Below the pieces are notes generated by a model, which saw only the letters and a list, made by a program, of their open reading frames with translations, did not search any database and was not told the DNA's origin. From an uncultured Bacillota bacterium (GTDB lineage Bacteria > Bacillota > DTU025 > MWDF01): a stretch of DNA of 64,000 nt. The stretch covers positions 266,964 through 330,963 of the forward strand of contig CAWGMK010000013.1 of assembly GCA_963823655.1 (NCBI GenBank). The letters are read 5' to 3'. Below, one piece after another: positions 41,146-50,023 of this stretch (position 1 is its first letter; each line of letters starts with the position of its first letter). A program made the translations under genes and the position numbers.

Positions 41146-41261
41146 CTGCAAAACTTGATTTGCAGCAGTTTGGCCGTGCGGCAACTACTCTTTTTGATTG
41201 GGTTTGATTAGAAAGCGAGGGCGAATGTTGTTGATCGACTGGAGATTTCTCATTAGTCGAT

Positions 41262-41906
41262 ATGGGGCTTATCGTCCTTTCGTTGATCCTGGGCTCAGGC
41301 ATAGGATACGAGAGGGAGGCCCATGGCAAGTCGGCTGGCCTTCGGACGCATGCCTTGGTCAGCGTGGGAGCAACATTGCTAACGATAGTATCAATGAGGG
41401 GATTCGGCGCCTGGGAGGGCGGCCTCAGGGATCCGGTGAGGATAGTCGGTCAGATTGTAGCCGGCATTGGTTTCCTTTGCGCAGGCACGATACTCCGAGA
41501 CGGACTTAGCGTTAAGGGCCTTACAACGGCAGCCAGCCTTTGGACTACATGCATGATAGGCATTGTTGTGGGTACCGGGCTTATACAATACGGGATTCTT
41601 GGCGCTGTTATTGTTGTTCTGGTGCTTGGCCAGTTCAGCAAGATCGAATCAAGGATTTCGGTAAGAAGCATCTCCATGCTCAAGGTCGTAGCGACCGACA
41701 GGCCGGGCCTTCTGGGAGATATCGGACTTATACTAGGCAAATACCAAATTGGAATCAGCAAAAGCGAAATTAACTCGGATGTAAATTCCGGCCTTGTAAG
41801 CATAGATATGGAGCTGCGGAAACCTTCCAAGGACGTAAGCTTGTCGACGGCTGCGCTTGAGCTGAATTCTGTTCGCGGCATCCGCGATTATGAGATACAT
41901 GAATAG
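41262..41906 (+). CDS. mgtC: MgtC/SapB-family membrane protein, copy 2 (tandem paralog). A possible N-terminal extension is in another frame
   Basis: About 60% identical to copy 1 across the TM and ACT-like regions. An upstream MLLIDWRFLI segment matches the copy-1 N-terminus in a different frame. Confidence 0.8.
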   Translation: MGLIVLSLILGSGIGYEREAHGKSAGLRTHALVSVGATLLTIVSMRGFGAWEGGLRDPVRIVGQIVAGIGFLCAGTILRDGLSVKGLTTAASLWTTCMIGIVVGTGLIQYGILGAVIVVLVLGQFSKIESRISVRSISMLKVVATDRPGLLGDIGLILGKYQIGISKSEINSDVNSGLVSIDMELRKPSKDVSLSTAALELNSVRGIRDYEIHE

Positions 41907-41913
41907 GAGCAAT

Positions 41914-42691
41914 ATGAAAGTATTAGTATCCAATGACGACGGAATCCACGCTGAAGGGCTGGCGTCATTATGCAATTCGCTGAGCTCACTTAACCTTGAA
42001 GTATATGTGTGTGCGCCGGACAGGGAAAGAAGCGCTGCCAGCCATGCGCTGACGATGTACACTCCCTTGAGGTGCCATAGCTGTTGATTCCCCCGGCTTC
42101 CAGGCGAAGAAAGCATGGACTGCCGACGGAACGCCCGCAGATTGCGTCAAAATCGCCCTGGAACTGCTTATGAAGGATGACCTTCCCGATTTTGTAGTAT
42201 CAGGTATCAACCGCGGGCCGAACCTCGGAAACGACATCCTTTACTCCGGAACGGTAGCTGCGGCAGCTGAAGGCTGCTTCTTCGGCATTCCTTCAATGGC
42301 AGTGTCATGCACAGCCAAAAGGAAGCCCGACTATAACGCCGCTTCGGCCTTCATAACCGACCACTTTCTAGGGCTTATGGAGAACGGCTTGCCTCAGGGC
42401 ACAATGCTAAACGTGAACGTACCGCCGGAGGCCAAGACCGAGGCGGGGAAGGCAGTCCTAAGGTTCACAAAAGCAGGGACCATGAAATATGCAGACATCT
42501 TTGAAGTCAGGAATGATCCGAGAGGTAAGCAATACCTATGGATGTCCGGCGAGCCTGTTGAGGTGGATACCGACCCAACCTTCGATACGGTAACGATAAG
42601 GAATGGGTATGTATCAGTAACACCAGTAAGGTTTGAACTCACTGATGATGAGTATTTAAATAGCCTGAGGGACAACAATCGAGAGAAGTAA
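41914..42691 (+). CDS. surE: 5'/3'-nucleotidase SurE (frame change near 42082)
   Basis: MKVLVSNDDGIHAEG N-terminus in one frame; ..WTADGTPADCV and the remainder lie in the 42170..42691 ORF. Confidence 0.75.
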
Positions 42692-42736
42692 GTTTACGTA
42701 CATATTATTATGTCAACTTGGCGGTTATAGAATAAT

Positions 42737-42811
42737 GGCAGGGGAGACAGGACTTGAACCCGCAACCCTCGGTTTTGGAGACCGATGCTCTGCCAGTTGA
42801 GCTACTCCCCT
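42737..42811 (-). tRNA. tRNA-Trp (anticodon CCA)
   Basis: The reverse complement folds as a cloverleaf: AGGGGAG acceptor, anticodon loop cuCCAaa, T-arm GGGTTCAAGTCC, 3' CCA encoded. Confidence 0.85.
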
Positions 42812-42904
42812 GCGATGGCATATTTGCTTGCAATATGTATTCTACCTAGTATAAGTCTTAGTGTCAATTCGATAACTCATTATAAGTGCATGGAGGTAGA
42901 CAAA

Positions 42905-43483
42905 ATGGATGAGTTCAAGGTACCGGTAGGAATATCCAACAGGCATCTTCACCTGAGCGAGGCGGATCTTCATACTCTTTTCGGAGATGGATCTTGCTTG
43001 ACCGTAAAGAAGCCGCTTTCACAGAAGGGGCAATACGCCTGTGAGGAGCTAGTTACTATAGTAGGACCCAAGGGAAGCCTCAGCAATGTTAGGGTTCTCG
43101 GACCTACAAGGAAGCAGACCCAGGTGGAAGTCTCCAATACAGACGCAAGAGGGCTGGGCCTTGAGCCACCGGTAAGGGACAGCGCAGATCTTGCAGGAAG
43201 CGCGTCCGTAAAGCTTGTAGGGCCCAAGGGCGAGCTTACGTTGCCAGAGGGTTGCATCATTGCCAAGCGCCACATCCATATAAACGACGAAGATGCAGCA
43301 AAGCTTGGCTTGAAGGACAGACAGCTAGTTAAGGCAAAGGTCGCCGGCAACCGTGGGCTGGTCTTTGATGAAGTTCTAATCAGGGTGCATCCGACATTCG
43401 TGCTCGAAATGCACTTGGATACGGATGAGGCTAATGCATGCTCTTTGAAGAACGGCGAGACAGTCACCCTTATAACAGGCTAA
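42905..43483 (+). CDS. pduL: PduL/EutD-type phosphate propanoyl/acyl-transferase
   Basis: PVGISNRHLHLSEADL and a second ..IIAKRHIHIN repeat, characteristic of the PduL family. Confidence 0.75.
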   Translation: MDEFKVPVGISNRHLHLSEADLHTLFGDGSCLTVKKPLSQKGQYACEELVTIVGPKGSLSNVRVLGPTRKQTQVEVSNTDARGLGLEPPVRDSADLAGSASVKLVGPKGELTLPEGCIIAKRHIHINDEDAAKLGLKDRQLVKAKVAGNRGLVFDEVLIRVHPTFVLEMHLDTDEANACSLKNGETVTLITG

Positions 43484-43554
43484 TCAGGGGTGGCGAGCGT
43501 CTTGTGTTGCTGGAAGGCCCTAATGTAAAGACCTGGCTCCATTTCGAAGGCGAA

Positions 43555-43822
43555 ATGGAGTCGGGTTCATCTTCATCGCTAGTCATTGCCATGCTGGGTG
43601 GACGCATCGTCCTTGTCTATAATGTGGCAAGAGGCGGCTGGGAGATACCCGGTGGTAAGCAAGAAGATGGTGAATCGCAGCTGGAATGCGCCCAAAGGGA
43701 GCTGCTACGAAGAAACCGGCCTGTTATCAGGTGAAATGGTCCTTATATGCAGCTATCTGGTAGAAAAAGACGGCCGCCAGATGAAGGGCAACATCTTCGG
43801 ATGCGAAATTAGCGGCCTTTGA
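43555..43822 (+). pseudogene. Small NUDIX hydrolase, with a frame change inside the Nudix box (about 43700)
   Basis: GGKQEDGESQLECAQREL in one frame; EETGLLSGEMV in the next. Confidence 0.55.
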
Positions 43823-43952
43823 ACCGGTCCCGGACGGCGCTGAAACATCCGGAGTCGGGCTCTTTAAGGATTGCCCTTCAAAAGTAACCATGGACGATGG
43901 TTTCCTCCAATACATTTTCAAGAAGCTCTTATAAGATATCAGGGGTGAGATT

Positions 43953-44165
43953 ATGCCAATATTCGAATTTAAGTGTGAGGACTGCTGCAATCAATTCGAG
44001 ACATTAGCCAAGAAGGACGAACAAGTAAGTTGCCCAAAATGCCAATCCAAGAACACCAGGAAGCTGCTTTCGAAATTCGGTTTTGCTTCTGGCGCGGGTT
44101 TTAGATCATCTGTGGGAAGCGGCGACTGCGGAAGTTGCAGCAGCACGTCATGCACACCGACTTGA
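43953..44165 (+). CDS. FmdB-family zinc-ribbon protein
   Basis: MPIFEFKCEDCCNQFE..CPKCQS; CxxC...CxxC putative regulatory zinc ribbon. Confidence 0.7.
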   Translation: MPIFEFKCEDCCNQFETLAKKDEQVSCPKCQSKNTRKLLSKFGFASGAGFRSSVGSGDCGSCSSTSCTPT

Positions 44166-44249
44166 GGACATTCACATTAGGGGCCAGTTTGGCTCCTTCT
44201 ATATATAATGGTTAACATAATGTGTATTATGCGACATCATATATAAGAG

Positions 44250-44282
44250 TAAAGGGCCCTCTCCCGGGGCCCCGATTATTTG
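44250..44282. terminator. Bidirectional GC-rich hairpin (gggccc-N7-gggccc) with A/T-rich flanks between convergent genes
   Basis: Lies between the FmdB gene (+) and the yneA-like gene (-). Confidence 0.45.
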
Positions 44283-44310
44283 CAGAACGTCATGCACATG
44301 ACTTCGTGGA

Positions 44311-44687
44311 TCAAGACGTTACTATCTTCTTTCGTAAGCTATTGTCACTGGCCAGTACGGCATCCCTTACCGGTATCGACAATCTCATACCCGGGAATAT
44401 CATTCCGTCCTGAATCCCGTTCTTTTTAATTGTCTCTTCTACGATACCTCTAATATCTTCGGTATCCCCGTATATGGATCTTACGCATTCCCAAACGGTA
44501 TCTCCGGCCTTCACTTCAACGCTGTAGTAATCAAGCATCTCCCCATCATTGCGCGCCAGAGGAGCTGAATACCAGACCAAGCATCAATGTCACAAGCGAT
44601 ATAGCTGTTATGAATATTACCAGCTTATCGGGGCTGTACCTCTTGATCTTCGCGGTATAGTGGACGACTCCTAACATGTTGCCGCAC
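44311..44687 (-). CDS. yneA: YneA-like SOS cell-division inhibitor (N-terminal TM + LysM-like domain). A frame change occurs near 44580
   Basis: LysM-like ..YSVEVKAGDTVWECV..MRLSIP. An N-terminal TM segment (MLGVVHYTAKIKRYSPDKLVIFITAISLVTLMLGL) is in the adjacent frame. The gene is divergent from lexA, with a LexA box in its promoter. Confidence 0.6.
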
Positions 44688-44704
44688 CTCCTACCGAACA
44701 TATG

Positions 44705-44718
44705 TTCTGTTTTGATTA
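44705..44718. promoter_or_regulatory. LexA operator (Cheo box) CGAACATATGTTCT
   Basis: 13 of 14 matches to the Firmicutes consensus CGAACATATGTTCG, located between divergent yneA-like and lexA. Confidence 0.75.
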
Positions 44719-44762
44719 TAGAGCCACTTTCGGTCAGGCAGTCAAGAGGAATCGAACAAATG

Positions 44763-44776
44763 TTTGTATCATATGC
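44763..44776. promoter_or_regulatory. Second LexA operator-like site CGAACAAATGTTTG
   Basis: 12 of 14 matches to the Cheo box; about 45 nt upstream of the lexA start. Confidence 0.6.
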
Positions 44777-44820
44777 ATTGTTCTGATATATTAGGATTAT
44801 AAAAACAAAGGGGTGTTAAA

Positions 44821-45436
44821 ATGCAGAGCCTTAACGATAGAGAAGCAAGGATACTTAACTTCATATGCAATGAGGCTTCCGAAAAGGGCTTCCCCCCATC
44901 CGTAAGGGAGATTTGCGCAGCTGTAGGTCTGAAGTCCACCTCGACTGTACATGGCTATCTAAATGCCCTTGAGAAGAAGGGCTTTATAAAGAGGGATTTG
45001 ACCAAGCCTCGGGCTATAGATGTCCTTCAGAATTCCAGCGATTCGCAGAATATGAGAAGGATAGCGAAAAGCGTCCCGCTCATCGGCGCCGTTACTGCGG
45101 GCCTCCCTATCCTGGCGACGGAGAACATTACCGACTATATTCCCCTGCCTAAGGAATGGGTCGGTGAGGACAAGGTCTTCATGTTGAAGTGTTAAAGGCG
45201 ACAGCATGATCAATGCAGGCATATTCGATTCCGATATGCTGGTGGTTAGAAGCCAGTCGGACGCCGAGAACGGCGACATCGTCGTGGCTATGATTGAAGA
45301 CGAAGCAACGGTCAAACGCATGTACAAATCCAAAGGGCGCATCGAACTGCATCCGGAAAACCCATCCTATAGCGTGATAATCTCGGATTCAACCCAAGTA
45401 TTGGGCAAGGTAATAGGCCTTATGAGGAAAATATAA
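44821..45436 (+). CDS. lexA: LexA repressor (apparent 1-nt insertion at about 45190, between the DNA-binding and peptidase domains)
   Basis: N-terminal wHTH (ARILNFICNEASEKGFPPSVREI). The S24 peptidase region (VKGDSMINAGI..VLGKVIGLMRKI) is in the next frame. Confidence 0.8.
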
Positions 45437-45437
45437 G

Positions 45438-45465
45438 GCCCCGCCGTTAAGCGGGGCAATTTTCA
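45438..45465 (+). terminator. Rho-independent terminator after lexA
   Basis: ggccccgc-cgttaa-gcggggc hairpin followed by caatttt. Confidence 0.6.
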
Positions 45466-45495
45466 ATATTCAATTGGATACGCCCATCTTCGCTC

Positions 45496-45861
45496 CTACA
45501 TCTTCGTTCCTATCGATGAAGTATCCTTCATATCCTTCTTCTCAACGCCACACGCCTTAAAGAAAATCTCCAAGGCCTGTTTGGCACCCCGATCCTCGGG
45601 GCTGCTCATCTGCGGCTTGTCATACAGTGTCGGCAGTTGCTGGTACCATTGCTTGGCAAGCAGGATCGCTCCTTCGACTCCTTCTCCACCTACGACGCCG
45701 ATAAGTCGGTCATAAGTGTTCCTTCTTGCTGTCGCTTGCTTCGCCCAGAAATCGGGGTTCTCAGTCAACTGCGCAGCGAGGAAATCTTGTTTCGCGATGG
45801 CCCTGAAGCTTTCGAGCCCCCGCAGAATATCCTCGCTCGATATGAGGTTCATGGCACTCAC
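45496..45861 (-). CDS. Hypothetical protein, 121 aa, no recognisable family
   Basis: An ORF on the minus strand between lexA and the UDG gene. The C-terminal residues look unstructured, which may reflect another frame error. Confidence 0.35.
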   Translation of the reverse strand: MSAMNLISSEDILRGLESFRAIAKQDFLAAQLTENPDFWAKQATARRNTYDRLIGVVGGEGVEGAILLAKQWYQQLPTLYDKPQMSSPEDRGAKQALEIFFKACGVEKKDMKDTSSIGTKM

Positions 45862-45909
45862 ACCTTTCCTTGTTAATGAACCGTCCCTACTTAATTATAC
45901 GATATTATC

Positions 45910-46543
45910 TCAAGATTCCTCACTAAGTAAAGACAATACTTTCTTCATGTCCGCCCATACATCCGCCTTCTTGGAAGGATCCCTCAGCAAGGCCGCCGGA
46001 TGGAAGGTCGGCAGATAAGTCATTTCGTTATGGATCAGCACCTTCCCCCTCGCTTTGGTGATGCCGTCCTTGGTATCGGGGAATATGGACTTATAAGCAG
46101 TGGAACCGAGCAACACAATGACCTTCGGCTTTATTATATCAATCTGCCTGTTCAGATATCCTATACAGCTTTCGACCTCATCCTTCTCGGGCAAACGGTT
46201 CGCAGGGGGCCTGCACTTCACGATGTTGCCGATGTATACCTCTTCCCTGCTCATTCCCATAGCGGCGATGATATTGTCCAGCAGGTGGCCCGCAGCACCG
46301 ATGAATGGCCTTCCCTTTGCGTCCTCGTCCGCCCCCGGCCCCTCGCCTATGAACATCAGCTTCGCTTCGATGTTGCCCTCTCCAGGCACAGTATTTGTCC
46401 TGGTTAAATGCAATCTGCATCTCGTGCACTTGGCCACTTCGGCCTCTATAGCCCGCCATAAGAAGCTTCCTGTCGTAGATCTTAGTCACGATTTCGTCGG
46501 ATTTCTCCTGCTCAGAGCCGAAAAGGCTAAACTGGACATCCAA
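45910..46543 (-). CDS. udg: Family 4 uracil-DNA glycosylase (frame change near 46440)
   Basis: CTRCRLHLTRTNTVPGEGN..LMFIGEGPGADED..GRPFIGAAG motifs. An upstream N-terminal segment lies in the 46178..46543 ORF frame. Confidence 0.75.
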
Positions 46544-46624
46544 TTGGCAGCACGCCCTTCCATGTAGAAAGTAATTGCAGATGAAAAGCTTCTGTTATAT
46601 TATATTTATTGTCTGATTAGCAGT

Positions 46625-46701
46625 CGAGGTGTAGCGCAGTTTGGTAGCGCGCTTGGTTCGGGACCAAGAGGCCCCGGGTTCAAGTCCCGGCACCTCGACC
46701 A
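46625..46701 (+). tRNA. tRNA-Pro (anticodon CGG)
   Basis: Cloverleaf: acceptor CGAGGUG/CACCUCG, anticodon loop uuCGGga, T-arm GGGTTCAAGTCCC, 3' CCA. Confidence 0.85.
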
Positions 46702-46707
46702 ATTTTT

Positions 46708-46793
46708 GCGAGAGTGGCGGAACGGCAGACGCACCAGACTTAGGATCTGGCGGGGTGACTCGTGCGGGTTCAAGTCCCGCCTCTCGCACCAAT
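46708..46793 (+). tRNA. tRNA-Leu (anticodon TAG), long variable arm
   Basis: 86 nt, type II tRNA; anticodon loop cuUAGga; T-arm GGGTTCAAGTCCC; 3' CCA. Confidence 0.8.
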
Positions 46794-46848
46794 TCCCTTA
46801 ATCATAAGGATTCTTGCGGCCATGGGCCGCTTTTTCTTTTTTACCCCG

Positions 46849-47736
46849 CTACTCCTGCCGATTTCCATAGATTTGCTGATTTATCTCATCCAGCGACTCC
46901 ATGGTGGCCTTTAGCCCTTTCTCTATGATCTCCTCCGCCTTGAAGAACTCGTGAGCCAGATAGCCCTCAATGGCTGGCCTGATTTTAACATCGGCATGAT
47001 GGACGACCATCTTCACAAGCCTCTCCTGGAATATGTCAAAGCTGTTTAGCAGCACTGTTATCATATTGGGTGCGCCTTTGATGTTCGTTTTCGACACATC
47101 CGGAACAACGTCAACTCCTATAACAATATCGATGCCGATCGCAGTCAAGTAGTCGCTTGGCACCGGATTTGACACGGCGCCATCAACGTAGTATTCCTCC
47201 TCAATCATATGAGGCACGAACACGCCTGGAATTGAAATCGACGCTCTGACGGCGCTCCAGACGGCTCCTGTGTCGAATGCTTTCTCTTCGCCTGTCTTAA
47301 TATTGGTTGATATTGCGATGAAAGGCATCTTCGTCTCGGCGAAAGTGCAATTATTCGTCAGCTTCATTATTAGCTTGTTGATCCTGCTGCCCCTCATCAA
47401 GCCAGACCTGCCCGTAATGCCAAGATCCAGGTACTTGATTATGTCGGCCTGCCCTATAGATACCGCAAGCTCCGCCATCTCTCTCGTAGAAGTGCCACAA
47501 GCGTACGCTCCGCCCACAAGAGCGCCTGCGCTGCAGCCGACTATTGCGTCAATCGGGATATTGTTGTCCTCCAGGACCTTAAGAACGCCGATATGTGCAA
47601 GGCCCCTCGCAGCGCCCGAACCCAGCGCCAAACCTACTGTCTTTCTGCCCAGGCCCTGCTTCAGAACGGTAATCCTTCCTCTTGGCTCCTTCAGGAATTC
47701 TTCGTCAGCCAGCACCCTGGCAATGCTGTCTAGCAT
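46849..47736 (-). CDS. Patatin-like phospholipase
   Basis: GLALGSGAARGLAHIGVL (GxGxxG) and GCSAGA (GxSxG) motifs, and a DGA/DGG dyad. Confidence 0.85.
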   Translation of the reverse strand: MLDSIARVLADEEFLKEPRGRITVLKQGLGRKTVGLALGSGAARGLAHIGVLKVLEDNNIPIDAIVGCSAGALVGGAYACGTSTREMAELAVSIGQADIIKYLDLGITGRSGLMRGSRINKLIMKLTNNCTFAETKMPFIAISTNIKTGEEKAFDTGAVWSAVRASISIPGVFVPHMIEEEYYVDGAVSNPVPSDYLTAIGIDIVIGVDVVPDVSKTNIKGAPNMITVLLNSFDIFQERLVKMVVHHADVKIRPAIEGYLAHEFFKAEEIIEKGLKATMESLDEINQQIYGNRQE

Positions 47737-47866
47737 ATGCTCACCTCACAAGTTCAAAAGAAAGTATGACAATGATATTTTCCTCTAAGTATGGACTCAT
47801 TCCTTCTTGTCACTATCCACCGAAGGCAAAAAAATATGGGGCCATCCTATGAAGGACAACCCCATT

Positions 47867-47944
47867 TGGTCGGAGCGGGGAGACTTGAACTCCCGACCTC
47901 TTGCACCCCAAGCAAGCGCGCTAGCCAAACTGCGCCACGCCCCG
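47867..47944 (-). tRNA. tRNA-Pro (anticodon GGG)
   Basis: The reverse complement has acceptor CGGGGCG/CGCTCCG, anticodon loop uuGGGgu, T-arm GGGAGTTCAAGTCTCCC and CCA. Confidence 0.8.
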
Positions 47945-48090
47945 TCGCTAACAATCAATATAATACCAGCATCTCTCCACCCTTTCAATACATTCCTGTT
48001 CAAAGAATTGCATCCCGATGCCAATCTTACATATGTCAACTAAATGGATTATACATTGCTATTCATCACCGTATACCCAGTTATAAAGCA

Positions 48091-48119
48091 AAAAGTAGAC
48101 ATTTATTATGTCTACTTTT
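48091..48119. terminator. Bidirectional terminator hairpin (12-bp perfect inverted repeat aaaagtagacat/atgtctactttt)
   Basis: Perfect palindrome with A/T runs on both sides, immediately 3' of the minus-strand YprB-like gene. Confidence 0.65.
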
Positions 48120-48134
48120 AGTGCGATACCTTAT

Positions 48135-48797
48135 TTACGGCCTCATGAATATGTTCCAGAGCCGGGCCGTTGATACAAGATCCATGATGTTATGGCGAAT
48201 AATCGGAAGGAGCAAATCGTAATTGCGGCTATTTACATATTCCCAATAGACCCTTGGAATTTTGCCGCCGGGGATATCGTCTTCCCTATTCCAGTCGGAG
48301 AGGCCCAGGATGTTTCGTTCAAGAGACTGCAAAGAGCAACTTGCAAGTTTATCCTTGTATCTCTTCCTCGCGGGTTTAAGAAGATCCACAGAGACGATGT
48401 CCGGAAGAGTGATGTTGCAGTAGCTCATCCTTTTCTCGATATAAGGGATGTCGAAGCTGTCGCCGTTGAAAGTCATCACTGCCGAGCGGTCCTTGACATG
48501 CGAGAGAAGCTGGTAGAGAACTGCCGGCTCCTCGGAGGGAGTGCGCGCCAGCAGCTGCGTGCACGATAGGCCGTCTTCCCGGGCGCTAAGAAGCCCTATT
48601 AGGAAAAGAGGCTGGTCTATGCCGGAAAGGCCCGTGGTTTCAATGTCCAGGAAATTGATGCCGAAGTAGTCCTCATATCTGATTTCTTTCACACAGGGAA
48701 GGGAGTTCTCGATGATGCTGCAGATGCCGAAGTCATTTCGCACGTCCTCGCCAACCAGCCTGGCCCCTGATACCAAATGTTCGTAGTCAGTCATCAT
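48135..48797 (-). CDS. RNase H-like 3'-5' exonuclease domain protein (YprB-like)
   Basis: FLDIETTGLSGIDQPLFLIGLL motif (DEDD-type Exo I) in a ~220-aa protein. Confidence 0.65.
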   Translation of the reverse strand: MMTDYEHLVSGARLVGEDVRNDFGICSIIENSLPCVKEIRYEDYFGINFLDIETTGLSGIDQPLFLIGLLSAREDGLSCTQLLARTPSEEPAVLYQLLSHVKDRSAVMTFNGDSFDIPYIEKRMSYCNITLPDIVSVDLLKPARKRYKDKLASCSLQSLERNILGLSDWNREDDIPGGKIPRVYWEYVNSRNYDLLLPIIRHNIMDLVSTARLWNIFMRP

Positions 48798-50019
48798 TTG
48801 GAGTAGGTATACCTCACTTTATACATCTGGGTTACCGTACCCTTCGCAGGCACAATAAGCCTTATAACTGCGGTGTTGCCCTCTTTTCGCTGCCAATCCG
48901 CGCCCGTGTTGTTTATGAGCTCCCAGTCGCCCGGGAAGCTCTCAATCAATTGGACTTCGGTTGCGGTAATCGAGGCAGACCTTACGATTATCCTGAATGA
49001 TTCCTCATACGAGCTGGTCCCTACTGACTTGCTCTCCGTCTTTTCGATCTCGGCGGAAATTTCGGCGGCAGAGTCAATCTTTACGAGCATTCTTCCTCCG
49101 CTAACGCTAATATTCGCAGAATCAACGGATTTGGCCGGTACCATCCCGTTTTGTGCATCCTGCAGATATACTGCCATCTTTATTGTGCTCGAAGGCAGGC
49201 TCTCAAGCGCCGGAGACGACGAGGTCTCCATGAATATGTCCAGTTTTATCTGCTCTTTCACAGCCTGCTTGCCCATGTAACCTTTAAGTCCCGAGCCGAT
49301 GAGCCGCCTACGAAGACTCTATAAGGGACTGAAGCCAGCTCGGCGACCAGCAACTGAAGTTGGCTGTTGCCTGCAAGGTCAATGGACTGGCCAACGGGCT
49401 TTATCGCCTTCCACAGCTCAACTCCGCTGACAAGCCCCTGCGCAGATGGCAGGGATCCCCCGGGGCCGAACAGCAGGAACTCGGCATCGGTGAAATCGAC
49501 AGAAGACAGGTTGCGTATGTTCAGGAAAAGCTGCGCATCCAGGCTCATCGCAACCCCAGCGTTTATGTGCCCGGACACAGCCCAGCTGATGCTCCTTGTA
49601 AGGTATGTGATCTGGAATACCACAGGCCCGCCGTCCTTGGAAAAGGCCTTCCAGGAGAGCATTGAAGGAGCGTTCACCGCATTGCCGATAATAATGGACT
49701 CTATGCTGCAGCTGCCCTCAACCACCTTAATAAGAAGGCTGCCGTCTACAAGGCCTGAATCTGACTGCGCGCCGGTTACTAAGGAGATGCCCGGGCTCAA
49801 CTCCGCACTTGCCACATAAGTGACCATTGCAAGGCCCTGGCTGCCCCCTAATATCTTCAGGTCCGACACAACGGCAGTTATACCGTCCTGGGCCCCTTGC
49901 GTCGGCGGTATGCCCTGCAAGGGTTGTGCCGAGGCGTTAAATGACGGCAAAGCCATGAATGCCGAAAGCAGCAGCATCGCTGACAACAGGTAAGTCCTAT
50001 TTGTTCTGCGACGTATCAT
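48794..50019 (-). CDS. Secreted DUF4139-family protein (frame change near 49265)
   Basis: The N-terminal signal peptide (MIRRRTNRTYLLSAMLLLSAFMALPSFNASA) and domain lie in the 49258..50019 ORF. The C-terminal part lies in the 48794..49276 ORF of the adjacent frame. Confidence 0.5.
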
Positions 50020-50023
50020 GTGC

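Noticed and set aside
47807-48043. Short ORFs overlapping tRNA-Pro(GGG) on both strands
   Set aside because: They overlap a confidently folded tRNA and its terminator region and are therefore spurious.
47945-48134. AT-rich about 190-bp gap next to tRNA-Pro(GGG) as a possible integration scar or att site
   Set aside because: No direct repeat of the tRNA 3' end and no integrase were found. The region is better explained as a terminator (palindrome at 48091..48119) plus promoter space.
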